Shown piece after piece: positions 13,531-24,165 of a stretch of 64,000 nt of DNA. The position numbers and the translations under genes were made by a program. Where the stretch lies: NCBI GenBank assembly GCA_045535075.1, contig JAZSKX010000005.1:95924-159923 (forward strand). Reading direction: 5' to 3'. The stretch's first letter is position 1. Each line of letters opens with the position of its first letter. Source of the DNA: Candidatus Spyradenecus sp. (lineage in GTDB: Bacteria > Verrucomicrobiota > Verrucomicrobiia > Opitutales > UBA953). The notes beneath the pieces are model-generated. The model was not told the origin of the DNA and did not search any database. It was given only the letters and a program-made list of their open reading frames with translations.

Positions 13531-13914
13531 ATGAAAAAAATTCCGACCGACGGCAAAACGTCCGCCGTAGCTTCCATCAACAACGCGTTCGACGCGCTTC
13601 ATATCGCCGATCTTCCGCAGCACACGGACGTTCCCGCAAAACGTAAGTCCGCCGACTCAAAGCCGAATCAAGCGGAAAAACTCGGGCGCGTTCATATGAA
13701 CATCGAAAAATCCGGGCGTTCAGGCAAAACCGTTACCGTGCTTTTCGGACCGGGAATTAACGCGCTCACGCAAGAACGGCGGGAAGACCTGCTCGCCTCG
13801 CTCAAGCGCAAATTCGCCGCCGGCGGTGCCATCGAAGGCGACAAAATCGAAATTCAGGGCGACGTTCGCGACCGCGCCAAGCTCTTCCTCCAAATGCTCG
13901 GCTTTTCCGCTTAG
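13531..13914 (+). CDS. SUI1/YciH-family translation initiation factor-like protein
   Basis: EKSGRSGKTVT, LKRKFAAGG, IEIQGDVRD. Confidence 0.85.
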   Translation: MKKIPTDGKTSAVASINNAFDALHIADLPQHTDVPAKRKSADSKPNQAEKLGRVHMNIEKSGRSGKTVTVLFGPGINALTQERREDLLASLKRKFAAGGAIEGDKIEIQGDVRDRAKLFLQMLGFSA

Positions 13915-13938
13915 CCGCTTCTCCGAAAATTGCAGACC

Positions 13939-15141
13939 ATGAATTCGTTTTTCGGAAAAACATTTCTGTACCTTGCCGGCGTGTTTTGCCTCCCGTTCGC
14001 GCTCTTTGCTGAAGACGCGACGCGCGATGGAATCTCGATCGGAAGCGGTATCGAGCGCCAATCTCACGGGATCGACTTAAGTGTTCCGCCAACGGATTCG
14101 ACTCACGAATCCGCAGGCAGTCCGGCCGTTCAGAAAAAGGAAAAAACTTCGGAAGCCGTTCCCGCAAAGCCGATCCCGCAGGCGTTTCCGGAAGCACACC
14201 GCAAGTTTATTTTCGAATGCGAACCGAAAGAATTTTCGGCAGAAAGCTACGAATATTCGGTGGAAAATCTTTTGGCATCCTACGAAAAACGGACAGGTCG
14301 CAAACTCGTTCCCGCAGCCACACAAAAAGTCGCGCTGAAAATTTACACGGCATCCGGACGCGGTCTGGAAACCCCGAAAGATCTGACGCGAGCCGTACGC
14401 ACCGCACTGGAAAAGCGAGGTTTCAAGCGAGAAAACATTATCCTTGCCGATTTAAGCGAACGCAATCTGCGCCTCGCCGGCTATCTGCCTCCTTTTCGCA
14501 AAAAAAATGATTTCTTCTGGGAAGGCTCTCCGGTTATCGCTCTGGATACCGGAAAACATTACCACGAAAAATGGTTTTACGAGAATAATCTGCCGACACG
14601 CGAATCCTCCACGGGAACGGCAACCGAGTGGGAAGACATCGCGAACGAACGGAAAAGCTTCTTGCCGATTCCCCTGCTCTTCGAAGTCGATTTTTGGATT
14701 AATCTTCCCGTCGCGTGCGACAGCCCGGCTCTTGGAGTTTCCGCCGCAATCGGCAACGCAACTCTCTGGAACGCCGGCAACCAAAAACGCTTTTTGGACA
14801 ACCCCGCAAACGCCGTCCACATGGCAGTTTCGATTGCAACCATTCCCGAATTGCGGGCGAAATTCGAGCTTTCAATTCTTTCTCTCGAAAAATATCAATT
14901 TATCGGCGGTCCGGTTTTTAATGAAAACTACACCCTTTCGGAAAAGCAAATTTGGCTGAGCGCCAATCCCGTTATTTTGGATTTTCTGATGTGGAAACGC
15001 ATGAATCGTGCACGCGCATCGCGCGGATTCGAGCCGATTTTCCCCGAACCGCCGCTGTTTTCCACCGCCAGCAAAGGGGAACATTCCCTCGGTTCCTGCA
15101 TGGCATCGGAATTGGAACTCGTCCGCGTTCCCGCAGAATAG
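13939..15141 (+). CDS. Exported protein, DUF362-like
   Basis: Signal peptide; KVALKIYT and FWINLPV segments resemble DUF362 proteins. Confidence 0.5.
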   Translation: MNSFFGKTFLYLAGVFCLPFALFAEDATRDGISIGSGIERQSHGIDLSVPPTDSTHESAGSPAVQKKEKTSEAVPAKPIPQAFPEAHRKFIFECEPKEFSAESYEYSVENLLASYEKRTGRKLVPAATQKVALKIYTASGRGLETPKDLTRAVRTALEKRGFKRENIILADLSERNLRLAGYLPPFRKKNDFFWEGSPVIALDTGKHYHEKWFYENNLPTRESSTGTATEWEDIANERKSFLPIPLLFEVDFWINLPVACDSPALGVSAAIGNATLWNAGNQKRFLDNPANAVHMAVSIATIPELRAKFELSILSLEKYQFIGGPVFNENYTLSEKQIWLSANPVILDFLMWKRMNRARASRGFEPIFPEPPLFSTASKGEHSLGSCMASELELVRVPAE

Positions 15142-15305
15142 CAACAAGAAAAGCCGGAGAAGCTATTTCACAGCCGGAACAAGCATCCGCTCAACAAGCA
15201 AAGAACAGGCAAGCCCAAAGAAAGTTTGACCCGGCAAACGAAAATCGGTTTCCTTAATGCTTCATTTTTAGCCTTAAGGCTCCGGACAATTTTAATTTAA
15301 ACGCA

Positions 15306-16604
15306 ATGAATACAAAAATCGAAGATATCAATCCGACGCGCAAAGCGGCAACGGTCGTTGTTCCCGCCGACGTCATCGAAAACGCACAAGCCAAACTTTT
15401 TAAAGAATATGCGTCGCAGGCACGCATTCCGGGCTTCCGTCCGGGCAAAGCGCCGATTAGCGTTGTTCGCCAAAAATACGGCAAGGATTTGGAAAAGGAA
15501 CTCTCACAACGCGTCGTTCAGGAAGCGTATGCTGCGATTCGCGAAAATAAGGAAATCGAAGTTTATGCGCTCGTCGACGTGAAAGAACCGACGATTGAAG
15601 TCGGCAAAGACGCGGAAATCCGTTTTGAGATTGATATTGTTCCCGCGTTTGAACTTCCGCAATACAAAGGAATTGAAGTTCCCGCGGAGGACTTGACGGT
15701 TTCCGACGAAGATGTCGAAAAAGCGGCAGAAAACATTCGCTCGCAACGCGCGGAATTTAACAAAGTTGAAACGGCGGCGGAAAAAGGCGACTACGTGAAA
15801 CTTTCTTACGAAGGCAAAATCGACGGCGCAGATTTCCCGGAAGATCTCGCCCGCTACGGCAAACAAACGGGAACGTGGGAAGAAGCCGGCTCTGAAGAAG
15901 CATTCGGCGCATCCGTCAAAGAAATCGCTGCCGCTGTTATCGGCATGAAAGCCGGCGACAAGAAAGAAATCACGGTAACGTTCGCAGACGATTTCGCAGC
16001 TGAGGCTCTTCGCGGGAAAACAGCGGTTTACACGCTTGACGTCGCCGAAGTTCGCCAACGCGTACTCCCGGAATTGAACGAAGAATTTTTCAAATCCGTT
16101 CACGTTGCCGACGAAGCTGAATTTAAGAAACAAATTCGCGAAGGGCTTGAAGCCAACAAGAAAAATGCGGCAACGGCGAAGACGCGCGAAAATGTCATCA
16201 ACAAGCTCAACGCACTCGTCGATTTCGAGCTCCCGCAGAGCGCAATTGACCGCGAAGCGTACAATATCTTTGTTGAATTCGCGAACACGCAACTTCGCCA
16301 GGGCGTTAAGATTGAAGAAATCCAAGAAAAACGCGAAGAGCTGATGGAAAATACCAAGGACGCAGCGAAAACCCGTGTGAAAACGCAGCTCATCCTCAAC
16401 GCGATTGCCAAGGCTGAAGACATTAAAGTCGAACAGTCCGACATCACGACGCGCATTCAACAGGAAGCCTACATGAGCGGAATGCCGACGGAAAAATTCG
16501 TCAAGGAGTTGACGAAGGATCGTTCCCGCCTGATGGAAATGCAGGCGAATATCCGCTACAACAAAGCGCTCGACGTTGTTGTCAACGCCTCCGTCGCGAA
16601 ATAA
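15306..16604 (+). CDS. tig: Trigger factor
   Basis: IPGFRPGKAP signature, FKBP-like middle domain, 432 aa. Confidence 0.96.
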   Translation: MNTKIEDINPTRKAATVVVPADVIENAQAKLFKEYASQARIPGFRPGKAPISVVRQKYGKDLEKELSQRVVQEAYAAIRENKEIEVYALVDVKEPTIEVGKDAEIRFEIDIVPAFELPQYKGIEVPAEDLTVSDEDVEKAAENIRSQRAEFNKVETAAEKGDYVKLSYEGKIDGADFPEDLARYGKQTGTWEEAGSEEAFGASVKEIAAAVIGMKAGDKKEITVTFADDFAAEALRGKTAVYTLDVAEVRQRVLPELNEEFFKSVHVADEAEFKKQIREGLEANKKNAATAKTRENVINKLNALVDFELPQSAIDREAYNIFVEFANTQLRQGVKIEEIQEKREELMENTKDAAKTRVKTQLILNAIAKAEDIKVEQSDITTRIQQEAYMSGMPTEKFVKELTKDRSRLMEMQANIRYNKALDVVVNASVAK

Positions 16605-16617
16605 ATTATTTCGTACG

Positions 16618-16657
16618 AAAAAGCGTTCCCGTAAGGATTTGCGGGAACGCTTTTTTT
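16618..16657 (+). terminator. Intrinsic terminator built from an inverted motif pair
   Basis: aaaaagcgttcccgtaaggatttgcgggaacgcttttttt after the tig stop. Confidence 0.9.
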
Positions 16658-16707
16658 GATATGAAATCCGACAGAAGCTCTTAGAAACTCCATTTTCACG
16701 GCTTTGC

Positions 16708-17496
16708 ATGAATCTGCTTGAACTCAAAAACATCACGGTTGTCCGCGGCGGGAAGACGATTTTTTCCGGGTTAAACCTGGAAATTCCCGTCGGTTGCAAC
16801 ACCGTGATTCTCGGCCCGAACGGCGCAGGTAAGTCAACCTTGCTGAAATTACTCACACGAGAGCTTTATCCGGTCGCCGACTCAAAAAGTTCGCTGAAGA
16901 TTCTCGGCAAGTCTGCTTGGAATATTTGGGAGTTACGCTCTCAAATCGGAATCGTATCAAACGACTTGCAACGTATGTTCCCGCCGGATACGAGCGGCGC
17001 GGATGTTGTGCGTTCCGGATTTTTTTCGAGTATCGGCATGTGGCGGGATCAAGTTCTCTCCGTAGCACAGGAAAACAAAGTGAAGGAAACGCTCGCCGCT
17101 ATCGGGCTCGGCAGAATCGCACACCGGGGATTCAGCACGTTTTCCACCGGAGAACAACGCCGATTTATTTTAGCGCGAGCCCTCGTAAGTTCCCCCAAAG
17201 TACTTGTCCTTGACGAACCGACGAGCGGTCTGGATTTCAGGTCTGCGTTCATTTATCTCAATTCCCTGCGCAGCTTAATGGACAGGGGTACGACTGTCAT
17301 TCTCGTAACCCACAACATCAACGAAATTACGCCGGAAATAAAACATGTTGCGTTACTCAACAAAGGGAAAATCGTTGATTCCGGAGAACCGAAAACGGTT
17401 TTAACCTCCGAAAAACTTTCCGAACTTTTTGATCTTCCGCTCTGCATAACACAGAAGAACGGATTTTATCGTATCGTTCCCGCCGCATTTTTTTAA
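16708..17496 (+). CDS. ABC transporter ATP-binding protein (ModF/YlmA-like)
   Basis: GPNGAGKST, IWELRSQIG, FSTGEQRR, VLDEP. Confidence 0.85.
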   Translation: MNLLELKNITVVRGGKTIFSGLNLEIPVGCNTVILGPNGAGKSTLLKLLTRELYPVADSKSSLKILGKSAWNIWELRSQIGIVSNDLQRMFPPDTSGADVVRSGFFSSIGMWRDQVLSVAQENKVKETLAAIGLGRIAHRGFSTFSTGEQRRFILARALVSSPKVLVLDEPTSGLDFRSAFIYLNSLRSLMDRGTTVILVTHNINEITPEIKHVALLNKGKIVDSGEPKTVLTSEKLSELFDLPLCITQKNGFYRIVPAAFF

Positions 17497-17514
17497 CGAA
17501 ATCCCATTGCCGCC

Positions 17515-18630
17515 ATGTCCGAACCTCGCCCGCTGATTTTTTCCGAAACTAAAGAAACGCTCGCAGCCGCATTGCAGGCGCGCGGCGAAAAAGCGTTTCG
17601 TGCCACGCAAATTCTCGAATGGATTTACAAAAAACGCGTGCGCTCTTTCGAGGAAATGACGAATATTTCGGCGGGAACGCGCGCGTGGTTGGCGGAAACC
17701 TATGATTTTATGCCGGCGAAACTCGTCGCAAAAAGCGCGCAGGCAAGCGACGTTACGGAAAAATTTTTGCTCCAAATGCGAGACGGCGCGCTCGTCGAAT
17801 GCGTGATTCTTCGCGCGCCTCAGGATGGACCGGGCGAAGAGCGTTCCCGCAAAACCGTTTGCATTTCGACGCAGGTCGGCTGCGCTCAAGGATGCAAATT
17901 CTGCGCAAGCGGATTGGCGGGCTGGAAACGTAATCTCGACGCAGGCGAAATCATGGCGCAGCTCATGTTCGTTTGCTGGGAAGGCGGCGATAAGGGCACG
18001 CGTGAAACCGGATTTACGGATTTTGACAACATCGTTGTCATGGGTATGGGCGAGCCGCTCATGAATTACGAGGCTACGATGCGCGCGCTCACCATCGCGA
18101 ATGCGCCTTGGGGCTTGGGCGTCGGCGCGCGGCGCATCACGATTTCCACGAGCGGCGTTGTGCCGAAAATTCGCGAGCTCGCCGACGAGCCGATGCAGTT
18201 TCGCCTCGCAATCAGCCTGCACGGCGCGACCGACGAGGTGCGCTCGCAAATCATGCCCGTCAACCGCAAGTTCCCGCTCGCACAACTCATTCCCGCCGCA
18301 AAGGAATTTTCGGAAAAACACGGGCGGATGATTACGCTCGAATTTATTCTCATCGAAGACGTGAACGACACGCTCGAACAGGCGCGCAAGCTCGCCGACA
18401 TCGCGCGGGAACTCCACGCGCATGTGAATCTGATTCCTTATAACACGGTTGAAGGCTTGCCGTGGAAACGCCCGTCGGGCAACCGCCAAATGCAGTTTTT
18501 AAAAATCCTGCAGGAGCGCCGCGTTCCCGCGACTCTGCGCCGCGAAAAAGGGCACGACATTGATGCCGCCTGCGGTCAGCTTCGTTTGAGAAATCTGGAC
18601 AAGGAAAAAAACGTTCCCGCGAACAACTAA
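17515..18630 (+). CDS. rlmN: 23S rRNA m2A2503/tRNA m2A37 radical-SAM methyltransferase
   Basis: CAQGCKFC, MGMGEP, ISLHG, IDAACGQL. Confidence 0.96.
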   Translation: MSEPRPLIFSETKETLAAALQARGEKAFRATQILEWIYKKRVRSFEEMTNISAGTRAWLAETYDFMPAKLVAKSAQASDVTEKFLLQMRDGALVECVILRAPQDGPGEERSRKTVCISTQVGCAQGCKFCASGLAGWKRNLDAGEIMAQLMFVCWEGGDKGTRETGFTDFDNIVVMGMGEPLMNYEATMRALTIANAPWGLGVGARRITISTSGVVPKIRELADEPMQFRLAISLHGATDEVRSQIMPVNRKFPLAQLIPAAKEFSEKHGRMITLEFILIEDVNDTLEQARKLADIARELHAHVNLIPYNTVEGLPWKRPSGNRQMQFLKILQERRVPATLRREKGHDIDAACGQLRLRNLDKEKNVPANN

Positions 18631-18649
18631 GCGAAATCGCTACAATCCG

Positions 18650-20407
18650 CTACGCGCAGAAAATAAGAATCAGTAATTGCGCCGTAAGAACGCGCAGAAA
18701 CATTGTCAGCGGATAAACCGTGGCATAGGCAACATTCGGAGCTTCGTTTTGCGCAATATTGTTCGCATAAGCGAGAGCCGGCGGATCCGTCACGGCGCCG
18801 GAAATCAGCCCCATTAAGGAATAATAATTCATTTTAAAAATTCCGCGCGCAACCGCACCCACAATTAACAACGGAATGGTAGTGATAAAAAATCCGATAA
18901 TCACCCACCAATAACCGCCGTTCAAAACCGCCTGGAGAAAGCCTTTCCCCGCGCCGATTCCTACCGCAGCAAGGAAGAGTAAAATTCCTATTTCACGAAT
19001 CATTAAATTCGCGGCAATGGGCGTATAAGTGATTAAATGCGATTTGTAGCCCCAACAGCTGAGTAGAATCGCAACAATCAACGGGCCTCCGGCAAGCCCG
19101 AGCTTCAACGGCTGAGAGAGCCCGGGAAGTGCAAGCGGAATGCTTCCGAAAAACACGCCGACTGCGATGCCGAGAAAAATGGAAACCAAATTCGGATGAT
19201 CAAGCCGTTTGAGCTGGTTTCCGAGAAGTTTTTCAATTTCATTAACGGCAGACTCCGGACCGACGACATTGACGCGGTCGCCGATTTGCAGACACAGCGA
19301 AGGCGTCGCCACCTGAACAACACCGGCGCGATTAATCCGCGTAAACGCAACCCCCATCGCCTGATAAGCACTAAGTTGCGAAAGCGGGCGCCCGTTCATA
19401 CTTTCCCGCGTAACGATAATACGCCGCCGGACAATCGCAGATTTAATGTGTTCCCAATCTTCAAGGCTCCAATTGATGACTTTCCCGAAAAACGCGCCGA
19501 CCATCTCCGCATCATTTTTGGAAACAATCACAAAAAGCCGATCGCCGGCTTCAAGAACCGTCGTTCCCGTAGCAACGGTAGGCGGATTTTCTCCGTGGCG
19601 ATGGCGGGAAATAACGAAACGCCGCTCAAACAAACGCGCAATCTGGGCAATACTTTTTCCGATAATCGCAGGATTTTGAACTTCGAGCGTAATCGCTGTC
19701 GAACTGTCATGATCGGAATTTTCTAGGGCTTTAATCGCTTCAGTCTCCCGATTCAGAGAAATCTTGAAAATCACGCGAATAAGAATCAGGGAAAGAATAA
19801 TCCCGACAACGCCCAGCGGATAAGCACAAGCATAGCCCTGCCCGAGCGTTCCCGTGAGCGTCTCGACAACCCCGTCAACGGACATTCCCTCGGGAACGCC
19901 ACCCGCCTGCTCAATCAAAGCTGCCTTTGCTTCGGGATTGGTTTTAATAATTTCCGAAAGCGCCTGTTGAGCGGAACCGAGACCGGGCGTATTCGTAATC
20001 GCGCCGGAAAGCACGCCGACCATCGTCGGCATCGGAATCTTGGTTATGTAATGAAAGGCAATCGTTGTCAAAACGCCTAAAAGAACAATTGCCGCCGCCA
20101 AACCGTTCATAAGCATCCCGCCTTTTTTCAGGGACGCAAAAAATCCGGGACCGACCTGAAGTCCGATTGTATAGACAAAAAGAATCAAGCCGAATTCCTT
20201 TACGAAATGTAAAACATGGTCGTTAATCGCAAAACCGAGTTGCCCAAGAATAATGCCGACAAACAGCACCAGCGTGATGCCGAGCGAAATCCCGAAAAAC
20301 CGGATACGCCCCAACGGGATCCCGATGGCAATGGCGATGCAAAACATCAGCATCGTGTGAGCGACACCGTCCTTATTCGTGTATAACAAGTCTATGAACC
20401 AGTCCAT
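18650..20407 (-). CDS. AspT/YidE/YbjL-family transporter with TrkA-C domains
   Basis: [41 protein letters not shown]. Confidence 0.9.
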   Translation of the reverse strand: MDWFIDLLYTNKDGVAHTMLMFCIAIAIGIPLGRIRFFGISLGITLVLFVGIILGQLGFAINDHVLHFVKEFGLILFVYTIGLQVGPGFFASLKKGGMLMNGLAAAIVLLGVLTTIAFHYITKIPMPTMVGVLSGAITNTPGLGSAQQALSEIIKTNPEAKAALIEQAGGVPEGMSVDGVVETLTGTLGQGYACAYPLGVVGIILSLILIRVIFKISLNRETEAIKALENSDHDSSTAITLEVQNPAIIGKSIAQIARLFERRFVISRHRHGENPPTVATGTTVLEAGDRLFVIVSKNDAEMVGAFFGKVINWSLEDWEHIKSAIVRRRIIVTRESMNGRPLSQLSAYQAMGVAFTRINRAGVVQVATPSLCLQIGDRVNVVGPESAVNEIEKLLGNQLKRLDHPNLVSIFLGIAVGVFFGSIPLALPGLSQPLKLGLAGGPLIVAILLSCWGYKSHLITYTPIAANLMIREIGILLFLAAVGIGAGKGFLQAVLNGGYWWVIIGFFITTIPLLIVGAVARGIFKMNYYSLMGLISGAVTDPPALAYANNIAQNEAPNVAYATVYPLTMFLRVLTAQLLILIFCA

Positions 20408-20544
20408 TTGCAAAATCCGTTAGTCGGTTGAGTTTACGCTTCCGACAACAGAAAAGCCATTTCTTTTTCCCGCAAGATTTCGGCTTTTTCCGTTGTAGTT
20501 TTTCTTCAAGCTTCTATGCTAGAGGGTTTCTCTTTTCTGACAAA

Positions 20545-21444
20545 ATGATTAACGAATCCGAGCTCATCGCCAAAGCGCAAGTCCTTTTGGAGGCGCTTCC
20601 CTACATCCAGCGTTTCCACGATTCCGTTTTCGTCGTCAAGTACGGCGGGAGCTTTATGGATTCCGACGATCCCGAGGTACGGGAACGCGTCGCGGCAGAT
20701 ATTGTTTTTCTTAACAGCGTGGGCATTAAAGTCGTCGTCGTTCACGGCGGCGGAAAAGCGATTACGCGCGCCATGGCAAAAACCAATATTGTCCCGCAAT
20801 GGCGAAACGGCATCCGCGTAACCGACGCCGAAACGATTAAAATCGTCGAAAACACGCTCAACAATGAAATCAACACGGATATTTGCGCAATGATTGCCAA
20901 GCGCAAAGGCAATGCCTTGGGAATGCCCGGGAACTTGGTCAATCTCTGTGAAAAAATGACGGCAAAAGACGAAAACGGCGCAATCGTCGATCTCGGCTTT
21001 GTCGGGGACATTAAATCCGTAAAAACCAAGCTCATAAAAAAAGCTCTCGCAGAAGGGAAAATCCCCGTTATTTCTCCGATTGCGCTCGACGAAAACGACC
21101 AACCGTACAACACGAATGCCGATGCCGCGGCAAGCGCGGTTGCCTCCGCTCTCAAAGCGCGCCGTCTGGTTTTTATGTCGGACGTTCCCGGACTGCTCGC
21201 CGACCCGAAAGATCCGTCGTCGCTGATTTCGACCTTGCGCGTCCACGAAGTGCCGCGCCTGAAAAAAGAAGGCATTATTTCTGCGGGAATGATTCCCAAA
21301 GTGGACTCCGCCGTCCGAGCCCTGCAAAGCGGCGTGCGCCGCGTTCACTTTATCGACGGAAGAACGCCTCATTCGCTTTTGCTTGAAATCTTTACGGACA
21401 AGGGTGTCGGTACGGAAATTTTGCATCCGGACGTAAAACTTTAA
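20545..21444 (+). CDS. argB: Acetylglutamate kinase
   Basis: [37 protein letters not shown]. Confidence 0.96.
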   Translation: MINESELIAKAQVLLEALPYIQRFHDSVFVVKYGGSFMDSDDPEVRERVAADIVFLNSVGIKVVVVHGGGKAITRAMAKTNIVPQWRNGIRVTDAETIKIVENTLNNEINTDICAMIAKRKGNALGMPGNLVNLCEKMTAKDENGAIVDLGFVGDIKSVKTKLIKKALAEGKIPVISPIALDENDQPYNTNADAAASAVASALKARRLVFMSDVPGLLADPKDPSSLISTLRVHEVPRLKKEGIISAGMIPKVDSAVRALQSGVRRVHFIDGRTPHSLLLEIFTDKGVGTEILHPDVKL

Positions 21445-21549
21445 GCCTCACTAAAAAATTCTGATTTTTAGAGAAGGAACCGGCAAACTTCGAGTTTTGT
21501 TCAATCAAAGCTCAAAACGTTTGCCGGTTTTCGTTTGTCGTTAAAATTC

Positions 21550-21575
21550 TGAAACTTTTTCGAGTAAAAAACGTT
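21550..21575 (+). promoter_or_regulatory. Putative ECF-sigma autoregulatory promoter TGAAAC-N16-CGTT
   Basis: tgaaac tttttcgagtaaaaaa cgtt, 14 nt upstream of the ECF gene; matches the AAC/CGT ECF promoter class. Confidence 0.65.
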
Positions 21576-21589
21576 TTAAAATCCGAAGC

Positions 21590-22138
21590 ATGAACGACAA
21601 CGAAACGGATATTCTGTTGATGCGAAAAATCGCCGCAGGCGACATGACTGCGGCGCGCGTGCTTGTACTCAAATGGCAAAAACCGCTCATTAACTTTTTT
21701 TACCGCTCGCTCAACAACGTTCATTCCGCCGAAGATCTCGCGCAACAAACCTTCGTAAATCTTCTCCGGAATGCCGATAAATACACGCCCGAAGCAAGTT
21801 TCCCCGCCTATCTTTTTCATATCGCACACAACATTCTCATCAGCGATTTCCGCAAGCGTTCCCGTAGAAACGCCGAACCGACGGATCCCGCAGAGCTTCC
21901 GGCTGTCGCCGACGATGCCGATCCCGTCAATCAAAACGAATTGAAAAAATCCTTCGCGGAAGCAGTCGAAAAACTTCCCGAAAACCATCGAACCGCGATT
22001 TTGCTTTTCTGCCAGCAGGAACTCTCCTACACGGAAATTGCAGAAACCATGGACACGAGCGTATCCAACGTTAAAAACTGGGTTCATCGAGCCCGCCAAG
22101 CACTGAGAAATTCTCTTTCGGCTTTCCTCGAGCATTAA
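21590..22138 (+). CDS. ECF sigma factor
   Basis: AEDLAQQTF (region 2), LSYTEIAE...VKNWVHRAR (region 4.2). Confidence 0.93.
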   Translation: MNDNETDILLMRKIAAGDMTAARVLVLKWQKPLINFFYRSLNNVHSAEDLAQQTFVNLLRNADKYTPEASFPAYLFHIAHNILISDFRKRSRRNAEPTDPAELPAVADDADPVNQNELKKSFAEAVEKLPENHRTAILLFCQQELSYTEIAETMDTSVSNVKNWVHRARQALRNSLSAFLEH

Positions 22139-22141
22139 AAA

Positions 22142-22648
22142 ATGAAACATTTTCACCGTAAAGCAGTTAGAAACAATAGCACTATGAACAAAAAATCCGC
22201 ACAACACACGGACTTGGACGCCCTTCTGGCGGAAATGCCGGTCGAGCCGAGCAAAGGTTTTGCCGAACGCGTGCTTGCTGATTGCAAAATCGAAAAACTC
22301 CTGCAGGAAATGCCGCTTGAGCCTCAAAAAGAATTCGCAGAAGAAACGCTCACTGTAGCAAGACGTTCCCGCAGGACACGCGCCAATTTCTTTCATTGGA
22401 TTCACTTTGCCGCAGCCGCCGGAGTCGCCGCCGTTTCTGCCGTGTTCCTCTGGGAAACAAAACCCGCCCACAACGCGGAAACCGCATGGATTTCACGCAT
22501 CGAACAAACGGTTCAAAACGATCCCGAACTTTCCCTCCTCGCTCAAACGGAAGACGATTCGCTCCTCTTTGACGAATTACTGAGCACATCCGAAATTCTT
22601 TCAAGCATCGACCCTTCGGTCTTAGAAATCTTCGCCTACAATGATTAA
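22142..22648 (+). CDS. Probable anti-sigma factor (single TM); start may be 22184
   Basis: Immediately after the ECF gene; short N-terminal domain, basic patch, one TM helix. Confidence 0.65.
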   Translation: MKHFHRKAVRNNSTMNKKSAQHTDLDALLAEMPVEPSKGFAERVLADCKIEKLLQEMPLEPQKEFAEETLTVARRSRRTRANFFHWIHFAAAAGVAAVSAVFLWETKPAHNAETAWISRIEQTVQNDPELSLLAQTEDDSLLFDELLSTSEILSSIDPSVLEIFAYND

Positions 22649-23192
22649 AAAATACGCACTTTTCCTCGTCGCCCTTCTCACGTCTTTTTCCGGCGGAATT
22701 ATTTTCGCAACGGAAGAGAAAAAAACAAACGCTCCTCTCGACGTTCCCGCAGGAGAAAAAGCCGACGCGAAGCATTGCACAAAAAAAGTCTCCCGAAAAG
22801 ACATTCGCATGCTGAAAACCCTTTTTCTCATGTCGGACAAAGAACTTGCGCGTATGCGGGAACTCATTACAAAGTTGGAACGCACTCCGGAAGCCAAACG
22901 CCGAGAAATGGCGGAAAATCTCGAACGCGCAAACTCCGACGATCCGAACGTTCGACGCGAGTTCATGGAAACGATGCGCCGGCGCTTCGAAGCCCGACGC
23001 AAAAACCTCCTCGCCCGCTACTATGCGACGCTCCCGCAGGAACAGGCGAAATCCGAAGCCGAAGCCTTTCTCAAGATGTCGAGGCATGAGCAGTTTGAAT
23101 ACATAAAATCCGTTCGGGAAAAACTCGGACTTCCGCCGCATCCCCGCAAAGAGAAAAAAGCGGAAGTCAATAAAGCCGCCGAGACGCAATAA
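22641..23192 (+). CDS. Periplasmic helical protein (Spy/CpxP/DUF3106-like)
   Basis: Signal peptide; R/E-rich helices with TPEAKR and LPQEQ turns; overlaps the anti-sigma stop. Confidence 0.55.
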   Translation: MIKKYALFLVALLTSFSGGIIFATEEKKTNAPLDVPAGEKADAKHCTKKVSRKDIRMLKTLFLMSDKELARMRELITKLERTPEAKRREMAENLERANSDDPNVRREFMETMRRRFEARRKNLLARYYATLPQEQAKSEAEAFLKMSRHEQFEYIKSVREKLGLPPHPRKEKKAEVNKAAETQ

Positions 23193-23225
23193 AAAGCGTT
23201 CCCGCGAAATAATTCACGGGAACGC
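23191..23225. terminator. Hairpin from an inverted motif pair between convergent transcripts
   Basis: aaaaagcgttcccgcgaaataattcacgggaacgc; the U-tract is on the minus strand. Confidence 0.75.
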
Positions 23226-23359
23226 CGGGATCTCTATGTGTATCTCAATCACTACCGGACTAACTTATCGTTAATCCATACAAATACGATAGGAATAAAT
23301 AACAGTTTTTCAAGAATAAATATCAACTTTGAGTGACTTTTATTCGAAATTCCTTCCGA

Positions 23360-24163
23360 TTAAATTACGGGAACAGCTGCAAGAAGCGTACGCGTATATT
23401 CGTGTTGCGGACACGAATACACCTTTTCGGGACTTCCCCGTTCGACAATCCCGCCGCGATTCATAACCAAAACCTCATCGGCAATTTCACCGACAAGCGC
23501 CAAGTCATGCGCGATAAAAAGATAAGCGATACCAAGCTGTTTCTGAATATCCTTCAACAAGCTGATAATTTGAGCCTGCACGGAAACATCGAGCGCGGAA
23601 ACCGGTTCATCGCAGACAATCAGTTCCGCTTCGGTTGCCAACGCGCGCGCAATGGCAATGCGTTGGCGTTGCCCGCCGGAAAACTCATGCGGGAACCGAA
23701 CGGAAAAATCCGGCGAAAGCCCGACCAGTTCAAGTAGCTCCGCGACACGGGAACGGCGTTGCGCAGGGCTCATTTTCGGGAAATGAATTTCGAGCGGCTC
23801 GGATAAAATCCCGTGAATTGTCAGTCGCGGATTCAGCGAGGCATACGGATTTTGAAAAACCATTTGCACCCTCCGGCGCAGTTCCCGCGGCATTTCTGCC
23901 GTATAAGCGGAAACATCCTTATCCCCGTAAAAAATCTTTCCGGCGCTTTGCTGTTGCAGGCGCATTATCGCGCGCGAAAGCGTCGATTTCCCGCAACCGC
24001 TCTCGCCGACAATCCCAACCGTTTTCCCGCGCTCAACCTGAAGCGAAACGTTATCAACCGCACGAAATTTCTCAACCGATTTTCTTAACGAAAATCCTTT
24101 TGTCGTAAGGCGCCGCTCAAATTCGACAACCAAATTTTCGACGCGTAAAGCCGGCTTTTCCAT
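23360..24163 (-). CDS. Oligopeptide/dipeptide ABC ATPase (OppF/DppF-like)
   Basis: GESGCGKST, VFQNPYASLNP, PHEFSGGQRQR, PQHEYTRTLL. Confidence 0.9.
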   Translation of the reverse strand: MEKPALRVENLVVEFERRLTTKGFSLRKSVEKFRAVDNVSLQVERGKTVGIVGESGCGKSTLSRAIMRLQQQSAGKIFYGDKDVSAYTAEMPRELRRRVQMVFQNPYASLNPRLTIHGILSEPLEIHFPKMSPAQRRSRVAELLELVGLSPDFSVRFPHEFSGGQRQRIAIARALATEAELIVCDEPVSALDVSVQAQIISLLKDIQKQLGIAYLFIAHDLALVGEIADEVLVMNRGGIVERGSPEKVYSCPQHEYTRTLLAAVPVI

Positions 24164-24165
24164 TT

